Translations under genes and position numbers: made by a program
Shown: positions 18,311-28,867 of the stretch, piece after piece
How the letters are laid out: each line of letters opens with the position of its first letter
How positions within the stretch are numbered: the stretch's first letter is position 1
From: Alphaproteobacteria bacterium
GTDB taxonomy: Bacteria; Pseudomonadota; Alphaproteobacteria; UBA6615
Assembly: GCA_038131445.1 (NCBI GenBank)
Contig: JAYPPL010000005.1
Span: forward strand, 22,180 to 86,179
DNA length: 64,000 nt
Reading direction: 5' to 3'
The notes under the pieces: generated by a model
The model's database searches: none
What the model saw: the letters and a program-made list of their open reading frames with translations, nothing else
Told to the model about the DNA's origin: nothing

Positions 18311-18694
18311 CTAATAGACCGAGAAGGAGGAGCCGCAGCCGCAGGACGATGTGGCGTTGGGGTTTTCCAGCATGAAATGGCTGCCACCCAGGGATTCGAC
18401 GAAGTTCAGAACGCTGCCGTCAATGAACTCAAGCGAGGCTTCATCCACCACGACCGTCACACCGTCCGTCTCGAAGGTACGGTCGTCCTCGTTCACGGCG
18501 TCGTCGAAATCGAAGGCGTAGGTGAAGCCCGAGCAGCCGCCGCCATTGACGGTAATGCGCAGCATCTTGCCGCCATTCCCTTCCGACGCGATCAACCCGG
18601 TCAGGCGCTCGACCGCGCTGTCACTCAGCCCGATACCGCGCGGCGCACCGCCCGGCGCGCCGGAGTCGTTGGAGATGGATGTTGCGTCACTCAT
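18311..18694 (-). CDS. erpA: iron-sulfur cluster insertion protein (HesB/IscA/ErpA family)
   Basis: 127 aa. GGGCSGF and the C-terminal CGCGSSF cysteine signature of A-type carriers. Confidence 0.9.
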   Translation of the reverse strand: MSDATSISNDSGAPGGAPRGIGLSDSAVERLTGLIASEGNGGKMLRITVNGGGCSGFTYAFDFDDAVNEDDRTFETDGVTVVVDEASLEFIDGSVLNFVESLGGSHFMLENPNATSSCGCGSSFSVY

Positions 18695-18781
18695 TCGAAT
18701 CTCGATACGCCAGTGCCCTCAGCTATTTAGTCATGACCCGGCAATTGTCAAATTTACGTTGCATTCGGGCCGTGCGCACAT

Positions 18782-20017
18782 ATGTTGCCGCAAATGTCTG
18801 TATCCCCCGCAGAATTGAAGCTGACCTCGGCCAGGCACGACTATGGCCCGGTGCTCGCGCCCTATGCATGCGACCCGCTGGCGACGCGCGGGCGGTTGCA
18901 TGACGAGCCGGAAAGTGGCTACCGGAGCTGCTACCAGCGCGACCGGGACCGGATCATCCATTCCAGCGCCTTCCGCCGTCTGAAGCACAAGACGCAGGTC
19001 TTCGTCTATCACGAGGGCGACTACTACCGCACCCGGCTGACCCATTCGCTGGAAGTCGCCCAGATTGCGCGTACCGTCGCGCGGGCGCTCGGGCTGAACG
19101 AAGACCTCGCCGAGGCGCTGGCGCTGGCGCATGACTTCGGCCACACGCCCTTCGGCCATGCCGGCGAGGACGCGCTGGACGGGGCCATGGCGCCGTTCGG
19201 CGGATTCGACCACAACGCCCAGACGCTGCGTATCCTGACCAAGCTGGAAGAGCGCTATCCGACCTTCGACGGCCTGAACCTGACCTGGGAGACGCTGGAA
19301 GGCGTGGTGAAGCACAACGGGCCGCTGACGGGTCACTACGCGGTCAGCGAGCGGGCCTTGCCGGCGGCTATCGAGGAATATGTCGCCGATCACGATCTGG
19401 AGCTCGACAGTTTCGCTTGCGCCGAAGCCCAGGTGGCGGCGCTGTCCGACGACATCGCCTACAACAGCCACGACATCGACGACGGCCTGCGCGCCGGGCT
19501 GTTCGACCTGGCGGACCTTAGGGAGTTGCCGCTGGTCGGTCCGGCCTTTGCCGAGGTGGAGGCCCGCTATGGCCAGATCGAGCGTCCACGCTACATCCAT
19601 GCCGGGATCAGCCAGATCATCGGCGCCATGGTGGCAGATGTACTGGCCGAGACGCGCCGCCGTCTCGAGGACGGGGATGTGGGCTCTCCTGAGGACGTCC
19701 GCGCGCTCGACCGGCCGGTCGTGGCGTTCTCTCACGAGGTCGGCGAGGCAGACATGGCCGTGAAGGCGTTCCTGTACGAGAACATGTACCGCCATCACCG
19801 TGTGAACCGGATGACGTCCAAGGCGCGCCGCGTCGTGAAGGAGATGTTCGACCTTCTGTTCCACGAACCCGATCTATTGCCGGGCGCATGGCGCGCCCGT
19901 GCGCAGGAAAAGGACGAGACGGGACGCGCGCGCGTGATCGCCGACTATATCGCCGGCATGACAGACCGCTATGCCCTGGAACTGCACCGGAAGCTGTTTG
20001 ACCCGGAAGTGCTTTGA
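18782..20017 (+). CDS. dgt: deoxyguanosinetriphosphate triphosphohydrolase-like protein (HD domain)
   Basis: [24 protein letters not shown] and [13 protein letters not shown]...[11 protein letters not shown] are HD-domain dGTPase motifs. The stop overlaps the argS start (ATGA). Confidence 0.9.
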   Translation: MLPQMSVSPAELKLTSARHDYGPVLAPYACDPLATRGRLHDEPESGYRSCYQRDRDRIIHSSAFRRLKHKTQVFVYHEGDYYRTRLTHSLEVAQIARTVARALGLNEDLAEALALAHDFGHTPFGHAGEDALDGAMAPFGGFDHNAQTLRILTKLEERYPTFDGLNLTWETLEGVVKHNGPLTGHYAVSERALPAAIEEYVADHDLELDSFACAEAQVAALSDDIAYNSHDIDDGLRAGLFDLADLRELPLVGPAFAEVEARYGQIERPRYIHAGISQIIGAMVADVLAETRRRLEDGDVGSPEDVRALDRPVVAFSHEVGEADMAVKAFLYENMYRHHRVNRMTSKARRVVKEMFDLLFHEPDLLPGAWRARAQEKDETGRARVIADYIAGMTDRYALELHRKLFDPEVL

Positions 20018-21774
20018 TGAATGTGTTCAGCGCCTTCAAGGCGAATATTGAAAAAGAAATCGAGCAACTGGTTACCGACGGCAAGTTGCCGGAAGGACTC
20101 GATTCTTCGCGGCTTTCAGTCGAGTTGCCGCGGGACCCGACCCATGGCGATCTCTCGACCAATGCGGCGATGGTTTTCGCCAAACCGGCAGGGATGAAGC
20201 CGCGCGATCTCGCGGAACTCATCGCCGCGCGTCTCGAGACCTACGATGCCGTCGAAGGCGTCGATGTGGCGGGGCCCGGTTTCATCAACATGCGCCTGTC
20301 GGACGGGTTCTGGCGGGAGCGCCTGACCGAAATCCTCGAAGCGGGCACCGACTACGGCACGGTCGAGTATGGGCAGAACCGGCCGGTGAACATCGAATAT
20401 GTCTCGGCCAATCCGACCGGCCCACTGCATGTGGGCCACGCGCGCGGCGCGGTGGTCGGCGACGTGCTGGCCTCGCTGCTGTCCAAGGCGGGCTTCGACG
20501 TCACCCGCGAGTACTACATCAACGACGCGGGCTCGCAGGTCGATGTCCTCGCGCGCTCCGCCTGGCTGCGCTACCGCGAGGCGCTGGGTGAGGACATCGG
20601 GGAGATTCCCGAGGGTTTGTATCCCGGCGATTACCTGAAACCGGTTGGCGCCGCGCTGGCCGCGCGTGACGGCGACAAATGGGCGAAGGCCGATGAGGCC
20701 GAGTGGCTGTCGCCGGTGCGCGATTTTGCCGTGGCGGCCATGCTGGATCTGATACGGGACGATCTGGCGGCGCTGGGCATTTCCCACGACGTGTTCTCGT
20801 CGGAGCGCGAACTGGTGCAGGACGGCGCGGTCGATACGGTGGTCGAGACCCTGAAATCCGACGACCTGATCTATGTGGGCACGCTGGAGCCGCCCAAGGG
20901 CAAACTGCCCGACGACTGGGAGGAGCGCCCCCAGACGCTGTTCCGAGCCAGCCAGTTCGGGGATGACACCGACCGTCCGCTGATGAAGTCCGACGGGTCC
21001 TGGACCTATTTTGCAAGCGACCTGGCCTACCACCAGGACAAGTTCCGGCGCGGCTTCCCGACCATGATCGACGTGTGGGGTGCGGACCACGGCGGCTATG
21101 TAAAGCGCGTGAGCGCCGGTATCAAGGCGCTGGCGGGCCAGGAGGCGAAGCTCGACGTCAAGCTGTGCCAGATGGTGCGGCTGCTCGAGAACGGCGAGCC
21201 GGCTAAGATGTCCAAGCGCGCAGGGACATTCGTGACCCTGCGCGATCTCGTGGATGCGGTCGGTAAGAATGTGGTGCGATTTATCATGCTGACCCGCAAG
21301 AACGATGCGCCGCTAGACTTCGACCTGGTGAAGGTGCGCGAACAGAGCCGCGACAACCCGGTCTTCTACGTCCAGTACGCCCATGCACGTTGTCATTCAG
21401 TCGCGCGGATTGCTACCGAAGCCTTCCCTGGGATGAATTTTGATACGTCGTCGTTGATGGAAGCAGACCTGGATCGTTTGACCGACTCAGATGAGATTGC
21501 GTTGATCAGGTCGCTCGCCGCTTGGCCGCGCACCGTGGAAAGTGCTGCGGAAGTGCATGAGCCGCACCGGATTGCGTTTTACCTCTACGAACTTGCTGCG
21601 GCGTTCCATGCGCTCTGGAGCAAGGCCCGCGAGGAGCCAGGGCTGCGGTTCGTAATTGCTGACGATGCGGAACTTACGCGGGCACGCATGGCGCTCGTAC
21701 GTGCCGTGCAGACAGTGATCGCCTCCGGGCTCGGCGTGATGGGCGTGACCCCGGTCGAAGAGTTGCGGGAATGA
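20014..21774 (+). CDS. argS: arginine--tRNA ligase
   Basis: 586 aa. HIGH-type motif [19 protein letters not shown] (KMSKS-like), and a C-terminal DALR anticodon-binding region. Confidence 0.97.
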   Translation: MMNVFSAFKANIEKEIEQLVTDGKLPEGLDSSRLSVELPRDPTHGDLSTNAAMVFAKPAGMKPRDLAELIAARLETYDAVEGVDVAGPGFINMRLSDGFWRERLTEILEAGTDYGTVEYGQNRPVNIEYVSANPTGPLHVGHARGAVVGDVLASLLSKAGFDVTREYYINDAGSQVDVLARSAWLRYREALGEDIGEIPEGLYPGDYLKPVGAALAARDGDKWAKADEAEWLSPVRDFAVAAMLDLIRDDLAALGISHDVFSSERELVQDGAVDTVVETLKSDDLIYVGTLEPPKGKLPDDWEERPQTLFRASQFGDDTDRPLMKSDGSWTYFASDLAYHQDKFRRGFPTMIDVWGADHGGYVKRVSAGIKALAGQEAKLDVKLCQMVRLLENGEPAKMSKRAGTFVTLRDLVDAVGKNVVRFIMLTRKNDAPLDFDLVKVREQSRDNPVFYVQYAHARCHSVARIATEAFPGMNFDTSSLMEADLDRLTDSDEIALIRSLAAWPRTVESAAEVHEPHRIAFYLYELAAAFHALWSKAREEPGLRFVIADDAELTRARMALVRAVQTVIASGLGVMGVTPVEELRE

Positions 21775-21783
21775 GGCAGGAAC

Positions 21784-22620
21784 ATGAGCGATCAAGAGAT
21801 CATCGGTCCCAAAGACAGGTTCGACGATCCGTTCGCAGATGCACCCTTTGAGGAACCGCGCAGTGGCATGAGCGCGCGCTCAAAGGTGTTTGCAAGCGGC
21901 GCGATGCTGATCGGGGTAATCGCTTTAGGTGCTGTCAGCTGGTACGCCTTCCAACAGGGCTTGCGTTCCGGCACGGAACGTGTTGCCCCGGTCATCCATG
22001 CTGAATCCGAGCCCATCAAGCGCAAGCCCGAGGAACCGGGCGGGCTGAACGTGCCCCATCAGGACAAGCTGGTGTTCAACCGGCTGGCTCCGGGCCAGGT
22101 TCAGGAGCCGGTCGAACGACTGCTTCCGCCGCCCGAGGAACCCGGCGAACGGCCGCAACCGGCCCCACCGTCTGAGCAGATGCCGCCGCCGCCCGCGGCC
22201 CCGGTGGGGTCGGTTGAACCTGCACAGCCACTGCCGCCACCGCCACAACCCCCGGCCAATGCACCGGAGCCATCAGTCGAGACCCGACAGTCCGCAGCAC
22301 CGCCTGCACCTGCTCCCGAACCAGCGCCTGCCCGCGAACCGGCACCGGCTGCTGCTTTCTCACCTGCTCCGGGCGGAGAATGGAAAATCCAGATTTCCGC
22401 CGTGTCCAGCCAGGCCGCGGCCGAAAGCGAGTGGAAGCGCATCCAGTCGCGGCACACTGTTCTGTTGGGGGCACTTAGCTTCAATGTTCAGTCCGTGACG
22501 TTGCCAAACGGAACCTTTTACCGGATTCAGGCTGGCCCGCTGGTGGACCGGGACGCCGCGAGTGCCCTGTGTGCCCGGCTCAAGGCGCAGAAACAGGACT
22601 GTCTGGTCGTCGCGCCCTGA
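21784..22620 (+). CDS. SPOR domain-containing protein
   Basis: N-terminal TM anchor, a long Pro/Ala/Glu-rich linker, and a C-terminal SPOR domain (WKIQISAVSSQAAAESEWKRI...YRIQAGPLVDRDAASALCARLK). Confidence 0.85.
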   Translation: MSDQEIIGPKDRFDDPFADAPFEEPRSGMSARSKVFASGAMLIGVIALGAVSWYAFQQGLRSGTERVAPVIHAESEPIKRKPEEPGGLNVPHQDKLVFNRLAPGQVQEPVERLLPPPEEPGERPQPAPPSEQMPPPPAAPVGSVEPAQPLPPPPQPPANAPEPSVETRQSAAPPAPAPEPAPAREPAPAAAFSPAPGGEWKIQISAVSSQAAAESEWKRIQSRHTVLLGALSFNVQSVTLPNGTFYRIQAGPLVDRDAASALCARLKAQKQDCLVVAP

Positions 22621-22650
22621 CATGCGGCCGGTAGTTCTCCCAGCGGTGCG

Positions 22651-23673
22651 TTGAGCTTGCCGCGCGCCGTTATTTTTGCCGTCTCGGGCATGACGCTGAC
22701 CGAGGAGGAGCGTGCATTCCTGCACGACGCCGACCCGCTAGGTTTCATCTTGTTCGCCCGGAATTGCGAGAGCTCCGATCAGACCCGGACATTGGTCGGT
22801 GAGTTGCGTGCTACCGTGGGGCGTGATAACGCGCCGGTCCTGATTGATCAGGAGGGTGGGACGGTAATGCGGCTTCGCCCACCGAACTGGTATGCCGCGC
22901 CGGATGCCGAACGGATCGGGCGGCTCTACCTGCGCGATGCGGAGCGTGCCCGCGCCATTGCGCAGGCCGTCGGGGGCCTATTTGGCGCGGAGCTGCGTGA
23001 CTTGGGGATCGACGTGGATTGCGCGCCCGTTGCCGATCTTAGATGCTCGGAAACCACGGACGCAATTGGCACGCGCGCCTATTCGGACCGGCCGTCGGTC
23101 GTAGCCGATCTAGCGGGCTGCATGGCCGAGGGCCTGATGGGGGAGGGTTGTTTACCGATCGTCAAGCACCTGCCAGGACACGGGCGCGCGCGCGATGACA
23201 GCCATCGCATGCTGCCGCGTGTCTCTGCCGGGCGCGATGTGCTAAGCACCGAGGACTTTCAGTCGTTCCGCGCGCTCCGCCACCTCCCCCTGGGCATGAG
23301 CGCGCATGTTGTGTTCGAGGCTATCGATCCCGGCGAACCCGCTACGACGTCGCGTATTGTGATCGACGACATCATCCGCGGTGAGATCGGGTTCGACGGG
23401 TTTTTGTTTTCCGACGACATCTCCATGTCGGCGTTGTCGGGGAGCCATGGTGAACGCGCAGCACGCGTGATCGAGGCCGGGTGCGATGCGGTCCTGCACT
23501 GCACAGGAAACATCACGGAGATGTTAGATGTCGCCGCAGCAGTACCGGAACTGTCCAAAGTTGCGCAAAAACGCTGGGCAAAAGCACAGGAAAGCCGCAA
23601 GCGACCGGCAAGATGGGGCGCAAAGTCCTACGCTGAAGAATTGGACCGGCTGCTTCGTCACGAGGCGTACTGA
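22651..23673 (+). CDS. nagZ: beta-N-acetylhexosaminidase (GH3, NagZ)
   Basis: 340 aa. IDQEGGTV, KHLPGHGRARDDSH and FSDDISM are GH3 NagZ signatures. TTG start. Confidence 0.9.
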   Translation: MSLPRAVIFAVSGMTLTEEERAFLHDADPLGFILFARNCESSDQTRTLVGELRATVGRDNAPVLIDQEGGTVMRLRPPNWYAAPDAERIGRLYLRDAERARAIAQAVGGLFGAELRDLGIDVDCAPVADLRCSETTDAIGTRAYSDRPSVVADLAGCMAEGLMGEGCLPIVKHLPGHGRARDDSHRMLPRVSAGRDVLSTEDFQSFRALRHLPLGMSAHVVFEAIDPGEPATTSRIVIDDIIRGEIGFDGFLFSDDISMSALSGSHGERAARVIEAGCDAVLHCTGNITEMLDVAAAVPELSKVAQKRWAKAQESRKRPARWGAKSYAEELDRLLRHEAY

Positions 23674-23678
23674 ACCAT

Positions 23679-24356
23679 ATGGACGATATTCTCTATATCG
23701 CATCGATCTGGATGCTGCCCGTCCTCCTCGCGATCACCATGCACGAAGCCGCGCATGGCTGGGCGGCATGGAAACTCGGCGACGACACCGCAAAGCAGAT
23801 GGGGCGGGTGACCTTCAACCCGCTGGCCCATATCGATCCCTTCGGAACGGTCATCCTGCCCGCGATCCTGATCATGGCCGGCGGGGTCCTGTTCGGCTGG
23901 GCCAAGCCGGTTCCAGTCGTTTTTTCGCGACTCGGGAACCCGCGGCGCGACATGGTGCTGGTCGCAGCGGCCGGTCCGGGCATCAATATCGGCCTGGCGA
24001 TCGTCTCCGCGATTAGCCTATATTTTGTCGATCTTCAACGCTCCCTGTTCGATGAGTGGGTCGCACGGAACCTTATAAATTCCATAAATATCAATTTGTT
24101 GCTGGCGATCTTTAACATGATCCCGATGCCCCCGCTGGACGGCGGCCGGATCGCCGTCGGGCTGCTGCCCTACAAGCTGGCGGTGCCATTGGCGCGGCTT
24201 GAACGCGCGGGTTTGTTTATTCTGATCGGGCTGATCTTTATCCTGCCGATGCTGGGGTCCCAACTGGGTCTGGACCTGAATATCTTCGGCTGGCTGGTCG
24301 GCGGTCCCCTAGAGTTTTTGCGCGGCATTCTGCTGGGTGCGCTGGGACAGATATGA
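23679..24356 (+). CDS. site-2 protease family protein (peptidase M50)
   Basis: 225-aa polytopic protein with HEAAH (HExxH) in TM1 and a NMIPMPPLDGG second metal-ligand region. Confidence 0.85.
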   Translation: MDDILYIASIWMLPVLLAITMHEAAHGWAAWKLGDDTAKQMGRVTFNPLAHIDPFGTVILPAILIMAGGVLFGWAKPVPVVFSRLGNPRRDMVLVAAAGPGINIGLAIVSAISLYFVDLQRSLFDEWVARNLINSININLLLAIFNMIPMPPLDGGRIAVGLLPYKLAVPLARLERAGLFILIGLIFILPMLGSQLGLDLNIFGWLVGGPLEFLRGILLGALGQI

Positions 24357-25210
24357 GCGACGCGGTCGAGAATTTCGAACAAACGACACCGGATCACGTG
24401 GCCGGTGGCGGGGCTGTGGCGTCCTCGCAACTGATCGTCAATCTGGAGGGCTTCGAGGGCCCGCTTGACCTGCTGCTCGCTCTGGCCCGCGACCAGAAGG
24501 TCGATCTCACCAAGATTTCCGTGCTGGCGCTCGCGGAACAGTACCTGGCCTACATTCTGGAAGCGCGCCGCCTGCGGCTCGAGATCGCCGCCGACTACCT
24601 CGTGATGGCTGCGTGGCTGGCCTATCTGAAGTCGCGCCTGCTGTTGCCGGTTGAGGAAAAGGAAGGCGAGGAGCCGACCGCCGCCGAGATGGCGCTGTCG
24701 CTACAGTTCCAGTTGCAGCGTCTGGAGGGGATGCGAAAGGCCGCCGAAGACCTCTTCGCGCGCCCTCTGCTCGGACGCGATGTCTTCAAACGCGGTGAGC
24801 CGGAAGGCATTCGCGTGGTGACCAATCCCACCTGGGAAGCCTCGCTTTTCGAGATGCTCGATGCGTATGGCGCGATCCAGCGCCGCGGCAAGGTCGAGAC
24901 ACTGACCATTCAGCAGTTCGAGCTGTTTTCCATGGACGATGCGCTGGGCCGCCTGCGCGCCGTACTCGGAAAGATGCCCGACTGGTCCACGCTGGAAAGT
25001 TTCCTGCCTGAGGATTTTCGCGCGGGCCTGCCGAAACGCTCGGCCATCGCGGCGACTTTCGCCGCAAGTCTGGAGCTAGTGCGCGATGGGCACGCCGAAA
25101 TCCGGCAGGACAGCCGTTTCGGACCGATTTACTTCCGCAGCCGGCCGGATATGGCCCGCGACGCGGTGACGGATCAGCAAAAGGACACCATCCGTGACGA
25201 TCAATCCTGA
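24353..25210 (+). CDS. scpA: segregation and condensation protein A
   Basis: LEGFEGPLDLLLALARDQKVDLTKISVLALAEQYL is the ScpA kleisin N-terminal signature. ATGA overlap with the upstream gene. Confidence 0.9.
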   Translation: MSDAVENFEQTTPDHVAGGGAVASSQLIVNLEGFEGPLDLLLALARDQKVDLTKISVLALAEQYLAYILEARRLRLEIAADYLVMAAWLAYLKSRLLLPVEEKEGEEPTAAEMALSLQFQLQRLEGMRKAAEDLFARPLLGRDVFKRGEPEGIRVVTNPTWEASLFEMLDAYGAIQRRGKVETLTIQQFELFSMDDALGRLRAVLGKMPDWSTLESFLPEDFRAGLPKRSAIAATFAASLELVRDGHAEIRQDSRFGPIYFRSRPDMARDAVTDQQKDTIRDDQS

Positions 25211-25928
25211 ACTGGAACCCAACGAGCGCACCGAACTATTGCGCCTGGCTGAGGCCGTCCTTTTTGCCGCGGCCGAGCCGCTGGACGAGGCGTCAATCGC
25301 CGCGCAGCTCCCCGAGGGCACCAATGTCAGCGAGATCCTCGATGACCTGCGGCGCCTGTACGCCGGGCGCGGCGTGAATCTGGTCAATACTGCCGGCAAG
25401 TGGGCGCTGCGCACCGCACCCGATCTGGCCGACAAGCTGAAGATTGAGCGGGATGTGCAGCGGCGCCTGTCCCGCGCGGCCCATGAAACCCTCGCGGTCG
25501 TGGCCTATCACCAGCCCGTGACCCGCGCCGAGATCGAGGAAATCCGTGGCGTCGGCCTCAGCAAGGGTACTATGGACGTACTTCTGGAGGTGGGGTGGAT
25601 TCGCCCCGGCCGCCGGCGCAACGCGCCTGGTCGCCCGCTGACCTGGGTGACGACCGAAGCGTTCCTGGTCCATTTCGGGTTGGAAAGCCTGAAGGACCTG
25701 CCGGGTATTCAGGAGTTGAAGGCAGCGGGTCTGATCGACGCACGCCCGGCGGTAAGTATCTATGCCACCTCGGCGCTTTCGGACGAACTGCCGTTCGAAT
25801 CCGTGACCGGCGAGTCCGAATCCGAGCCCGAGATGGATGAGCTCCTTGAGAACGAGGACCTTGAAGATATGGCCGAGGAGCCCGACTTCGAGGAAGAACT
25901 GGAACTAGAGGACGAGACCGGCACCTGA
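25194..25928 (+). CDS. scpB: segregation and condensation protein B
   Basis: LAEAVLFAAAEPL, ETLAVVAYHQPVTRAEIEEIRGV and a winged-helix repeat, followed by an acidic tail. GTG start overlaps the scpA end. Confidence 0.9.
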   Translation: MTINPELEPNERTELLRLAEAVLFAAAEPLDEASIAAQLPEGTNVSEILDDLRRLYAGRGVNLVNTAGKWALRTAPDLADKLKIERDVQRRLSRAAHETLAVVAYHQPVTRAEIEEIRGVGLSKGTMDVLLEVGWIRPGRRRNAPGRPLTWVTTEAFLVHFGLESLKDLPGIQELKAAGLIDARPAVSIYATSALSDELPFESVTGESESEPEMDELLENEDLEDMAEEPDFEEELELEDETGT

Positions 25929-25978
25929 GTGTGCGTCGCGGTTGCGGCTGAAAATCGAATTCAATAGGTTCCAGCCGA

Positions 25979-26006
25979 CCGCGCGGAGGGCCGCGCGGCG
26001 TCTTTT
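25979..26006 (+). terminator. rho-independent terminator after scpB
   Basis: CCGCGCGG-aggg-CCGCGCGG followed by cgTCTTTT. It ends 15 nt before the GTG start of the next gene. Confidence 0.6.
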
Positions 26007-26021
26007 GATGGCGGCGTATCC

Positions 26022-27065
26022 GTGAACGATCTAGCGATCAAGAATGTTTCGCACAGCTTTGGCAGCCATCTGGCCGTCGATGAGGTGAACCTGTCCATCG
26101 CACCGGGCGAACTGGTCTGCCTGGTTGGGCCGTCGGGGTGCGGCAAGACGACCCTGCTGCGCGTGGCTGCCGGTCTGGAAGATCTTCAGGATGGCAGCGT
26201 GAGCATCGGTGGCGATGTCATGGCGGACGGCCGTATGTCGGTCCCGCCCGAACAACGCAATGTCGGGCTGGTGTTCCAGGACTATGCGCTGTTCCCGCAT
26301 CTAACCGTGCGCGGCAACATCGCCTTCGGCCTGCAGGAATTGTCGGGTCCTCAGCGTGACGAGCGCGTGGCGCAGGCGCTGGAGCGGACCGGCATGGTCG
26401 AATATTCCGGCGCCTATCCGCATGAGCTTTCCGGTGGGCAGCAGCAACGTGTCGCACTCGCGCGCGCGCTCGCACCGCGCCCGCGCGTGGTTCTCCTCGA
26501 TGAGCCGTTCTCCGGTCTCGATGCCTCCCTGCGCCACCGGGTGCGCGGTCAGGCCGCACAGATTTTGCGCGACAGCGGGATCGCGACCCTGATGGTGACA
26601 CATGATCCGGAGGAGGCGATGTACCTCGCCGACCGTATCGCGGTGATGAACCGGGGTGCGATCCGTCAGACGGGAACGCCTGACCAGATCTACCTCGAAC
26701 CGGCGGATGGTTTCGTGGCGGCGTTCTTCGGCGACGTGAACCGCTTCCACGGGGTCGTCGGGAACGGATCGGTGGAAACACCCCTGGGACCTATCGGTAT
26801 GAATGGCGCCGTGGCAGGGTGCGAGGTGGAAGTACTGGTGCGGCCAGAGGGCCTGAGCCTCGCGGACGAAGGAGCGCCGGGCACGGTTCTTGCGGCGCGT
26901 TTCCTGGGGCGGGGCAGTCTGATTGATGTCCGGGTCGCCGATGGCCCCGAAGGTCTGGTGCGCATTCACATGCCCGGGCGCAAGCTGCCACGCGCGGGCG
27001 AGGCCGTGCGCATCGCGCGCGATGATTCCCAGACCTTCGTCTTTAGAATAACGCCGGCTAAATGA
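26022..27065 (+). CDS. ABC transporter ATP-binding protein (FbpC/PotA-like importer ATPase with C-terminal TOBE-like domain); no permease or binding protein adjacent
   Basis: Walker A GPSGCGKTT, signature LSGGQQQRVALARAL, Walker B VVLLDEPFSGLD, H-loop VTHD. GTG start. Confidence 0.9.
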   Translation: MNDLAIKNVSHSFGSHLAVDEVNLSIAPGELVCLVGPSGCGKTTLLRVAAGLEDLQDGSVSIGGDVMADGRMSVPPEQRNVGLVFQDYALFPHLTVRGNIAFGLQELSGPQRDERVAQALERTGMVEYSGAYPHELSGGQQQRVALARALAPRPRVVLLDEPFSGLDASLRHRVRGQAAQILRDSGIATLMVTHDPEEAMYLADRIAVMNRGAIRQTGTPDQIYLEPADGFVAAFFGDVNRFHGVVGNGSVETPLGPIGMNGAVAGCEVEVLVRPEGLSLADEGAPGTVLAARFLGRGSLIDVRVADGPEGLVRIHMPGRKLPRAGEAVRIARDDSQTFVFRITPAK

Positions 27066-27195
27066 TTGAGAACGCAGGGGATGCGGGAAAGAAAACCGCA
27101 GCCCTAAACATTGCGGGGGCCAAGTCTTTCTGCGATAGTCCGCCCAAAGCCTCCGGACGTCCGGGGATTATTCAGACACAACGGAGTACCGGAAC

Positions 27196-27408
27196 ATGGG
27201 CTCGTTTTCTATCTGGCATTGGCTCATCGTCCTCGTGGTCGTCCTGGTCCTCTTCGGCGGGCGCGGCAAGATTCCCAGCCTGATGGGCGACGTGGCCAAG
27301 GGTATCAAGTCCTTCAAAAGCAATATAAAGGACGAGACGGCTGAATCCGAGAAGATCGAGGAAGGCAGCACCACAGCCGCGCGGGAAGACGAAACGGCCA
27401 AGAGCTGA
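27196..27408 (+). CDS. tatA: twin-arginine translocase subunit TatA
   Basis: 70 aa. [41 protein letters not shown] is the canonical TatA/E TM plus amphipathic helix. Confidence 0.9.
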   Translation: MGSFSIWHWLIVLVVVLVLFGGRGKIPSLMGDVAKGIKSFKSNIKDETAESEKIEEGSTTAAREDETAKS

Positions 27409-27464
27409 CTTTCCGTAACTGTACCGGTCCGGCTTTGTACGGACCGTGAACGGACTTCGCGAAC

Positions 27465-27974
27465 ATGTTCGATCTGGGTTGGCCGGAGCTGATGCTCATC
27501 ATGGTCGTGGCGCTCATCGTCATCGGCCCCAAAGAGCTTCCAAACACCATTCGTACGGTGTCTGCGGTGATGCGCAAGGTCCGCGCTGCAGCGCGTGAGT
27601 TCCAGAGCGGGCTCGATGATATCGCGCGCGAATCCGGCCTCGATGACGTGAAGCGCCAGATCGACGATCTCGAGTATTACGACCCGAAAGCCGCGCTCGA
27701 AAATATCGCCGAGAGCGACAAGGACCTCCTTGGTCTAGACGACGATCCGGACGCGGAGAACAGCATCCTCGGGCCTCAGTCGAAAACGGAAGCGACAAAA
27801 GCCGGTGAGACGGCGTCAAACGAGGCCGAACCCAAAGCATCAGATACGGGATCGCCTCATGACGATAACGCCTTCGTCGAGGCGGTGGCTGTGGAGCCCG
27901 AAGTCGAGGGGAAACACGAGGCAGACAACAGCGCCGACGAGCCGGAAAAGCCGGCGGACAAGGCGGCGACATGA
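27465..27974 (+). CDS. tatB: twin-arginine translocase subunit TatB
   Basis: MFDLGWPELMLIMVVALIVIGPKELP N-terminus followed by a long acidic tail. The stop overlaps the tatC start (ATGA). Confidence 0.88.
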   Translation: MFDLGWPELMLIMVVALIVIGPKELPNTIRTVSAVMRKVRAAAREFQSGLDDIARESGLDDVKRQIDDLEYYDPKAALENIAESDKDLLGLDDDPDAENSILGPQSKTEATKAGETASNEAEPKASDTGSPHDDNAFVEAVAVEPEVEGKHEADNSADEPEKPADKAAT

Positions 27975-28867
27975 CCGATACGACAGGCAGCGAGACGCCG
28001 GAAAACGAAGGGGCCGGGAACGAAGCACCGGAAGCCGACGCGCCCGAGACTGAGGCGATCGAGGGGTTGGACGACACGCCGGAGAATGACGGTCTCGACG
28101 ACCGCAAGATGTCCCTGATCGAGCATCTGACCGAACTGCGCCAGCGGCTTATTTATGCCGCCATTGCGTTCGTAGTGGTCTTCCTGGTCTGTTTCTACTT
28201 CGCCAACGACTTCTTCAACTTCCTCGTCGCACCGCTCGCGGATGTCTGGCAGACGAGCGATCACCAGCGCCGCCTGATCTACACGGCGATGCACGAGAAG
28301 TTCTTCACGAACATCAAGATCGCGTTCTTCGTCGCTGCGTTCATCTCTTTCCCGGTGATCTCGTCTCAGATCTGGATGTTCGTTGCGCCCGGTCTCTACA
28401 AGAACGAGAAGAAGGCGTTCCTGCCCTTCCTTCTGGCCACGCCGTTCCTGTTCTTCGGGGGCGGGGCCTTCGTCTATTACTTTGTGATGCCCGTGGCCTG
28501 GGAGTTCTTCACCAGCTTCGAGCAACTGGTCGTGGGACAGGGCAAGCTTCCCATCGAACTGGAACCGAAGGTCAACGAGTACCTGTCGCTGGTGATGCGG
28601 CTGATCTTCGCCTTCGGGCTGAGCTTCGAGTTGCCGGTGGTGATTTCGCTGCTGGCGCGTGTCGGCATGGTCACGGTTGATGGGCTGAAGAAGAAGCGGC
28701 GCTACGCCATCGTCATCGCGTTCATCGCGGCGGCCATCCTGACGCCCCCGGATCCACTGAGCCAGCTCGCGCTCGCCATCCCGATAATCATTCTCTATGA
28801 AATCTCGATCATCTGTTCGCGGATGATCGAACGCTCGCGTGCCCGCGCCGAAGCGGAAGCGGCCTGA
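27971..28867 (+). CDS. tatC: twin-arginine translocase subunit TatC (with about 46-aa acidic N-terminal extension if the coupled start is used)
   Basis: The conserved core begins at MSLIEHLTELRQRL (alternative start ATG 28109) and has 6 TM segments. The upstream start at 27971 is the ATGA-coupled one. Confidence 0.92.
   Translation: MTDTTGSETPENEGAGNEAPEADAPETEAIEGLDDTPENDGLDDRKMSLIEHLTELRQRLIYAAIAFVVVFLVCFYFANDFFNFLVAPLADVWQTSDHQRRLIYTAMHEKFFTNIKIAFFVAAFISFPVISSQIWMFVAPGLYKNEKKAFLPFLLATPFLFFGGGAFVYYFVMPVAWEFFTSFEQLVVGQGKLPIELEPKVNEYLSLVMRLIFAFGLSFELPVVISLLARVGMVTVDGLKKKRRYAIVIAFIAAAILTPPDPLSQLALAIPIIILYEISIICSRMIERSRARAEAEAA

Noticed and set aside
18731-19864. 377-aa minus-strand ORF
   Set aside because: Antisense to the dGTPase-like gene, which has unambiguous HD-domain motifs.
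20116-21090. 324-aa minus-strand ORF
   Set aside because: Antisense to argS. Shadow ORF.
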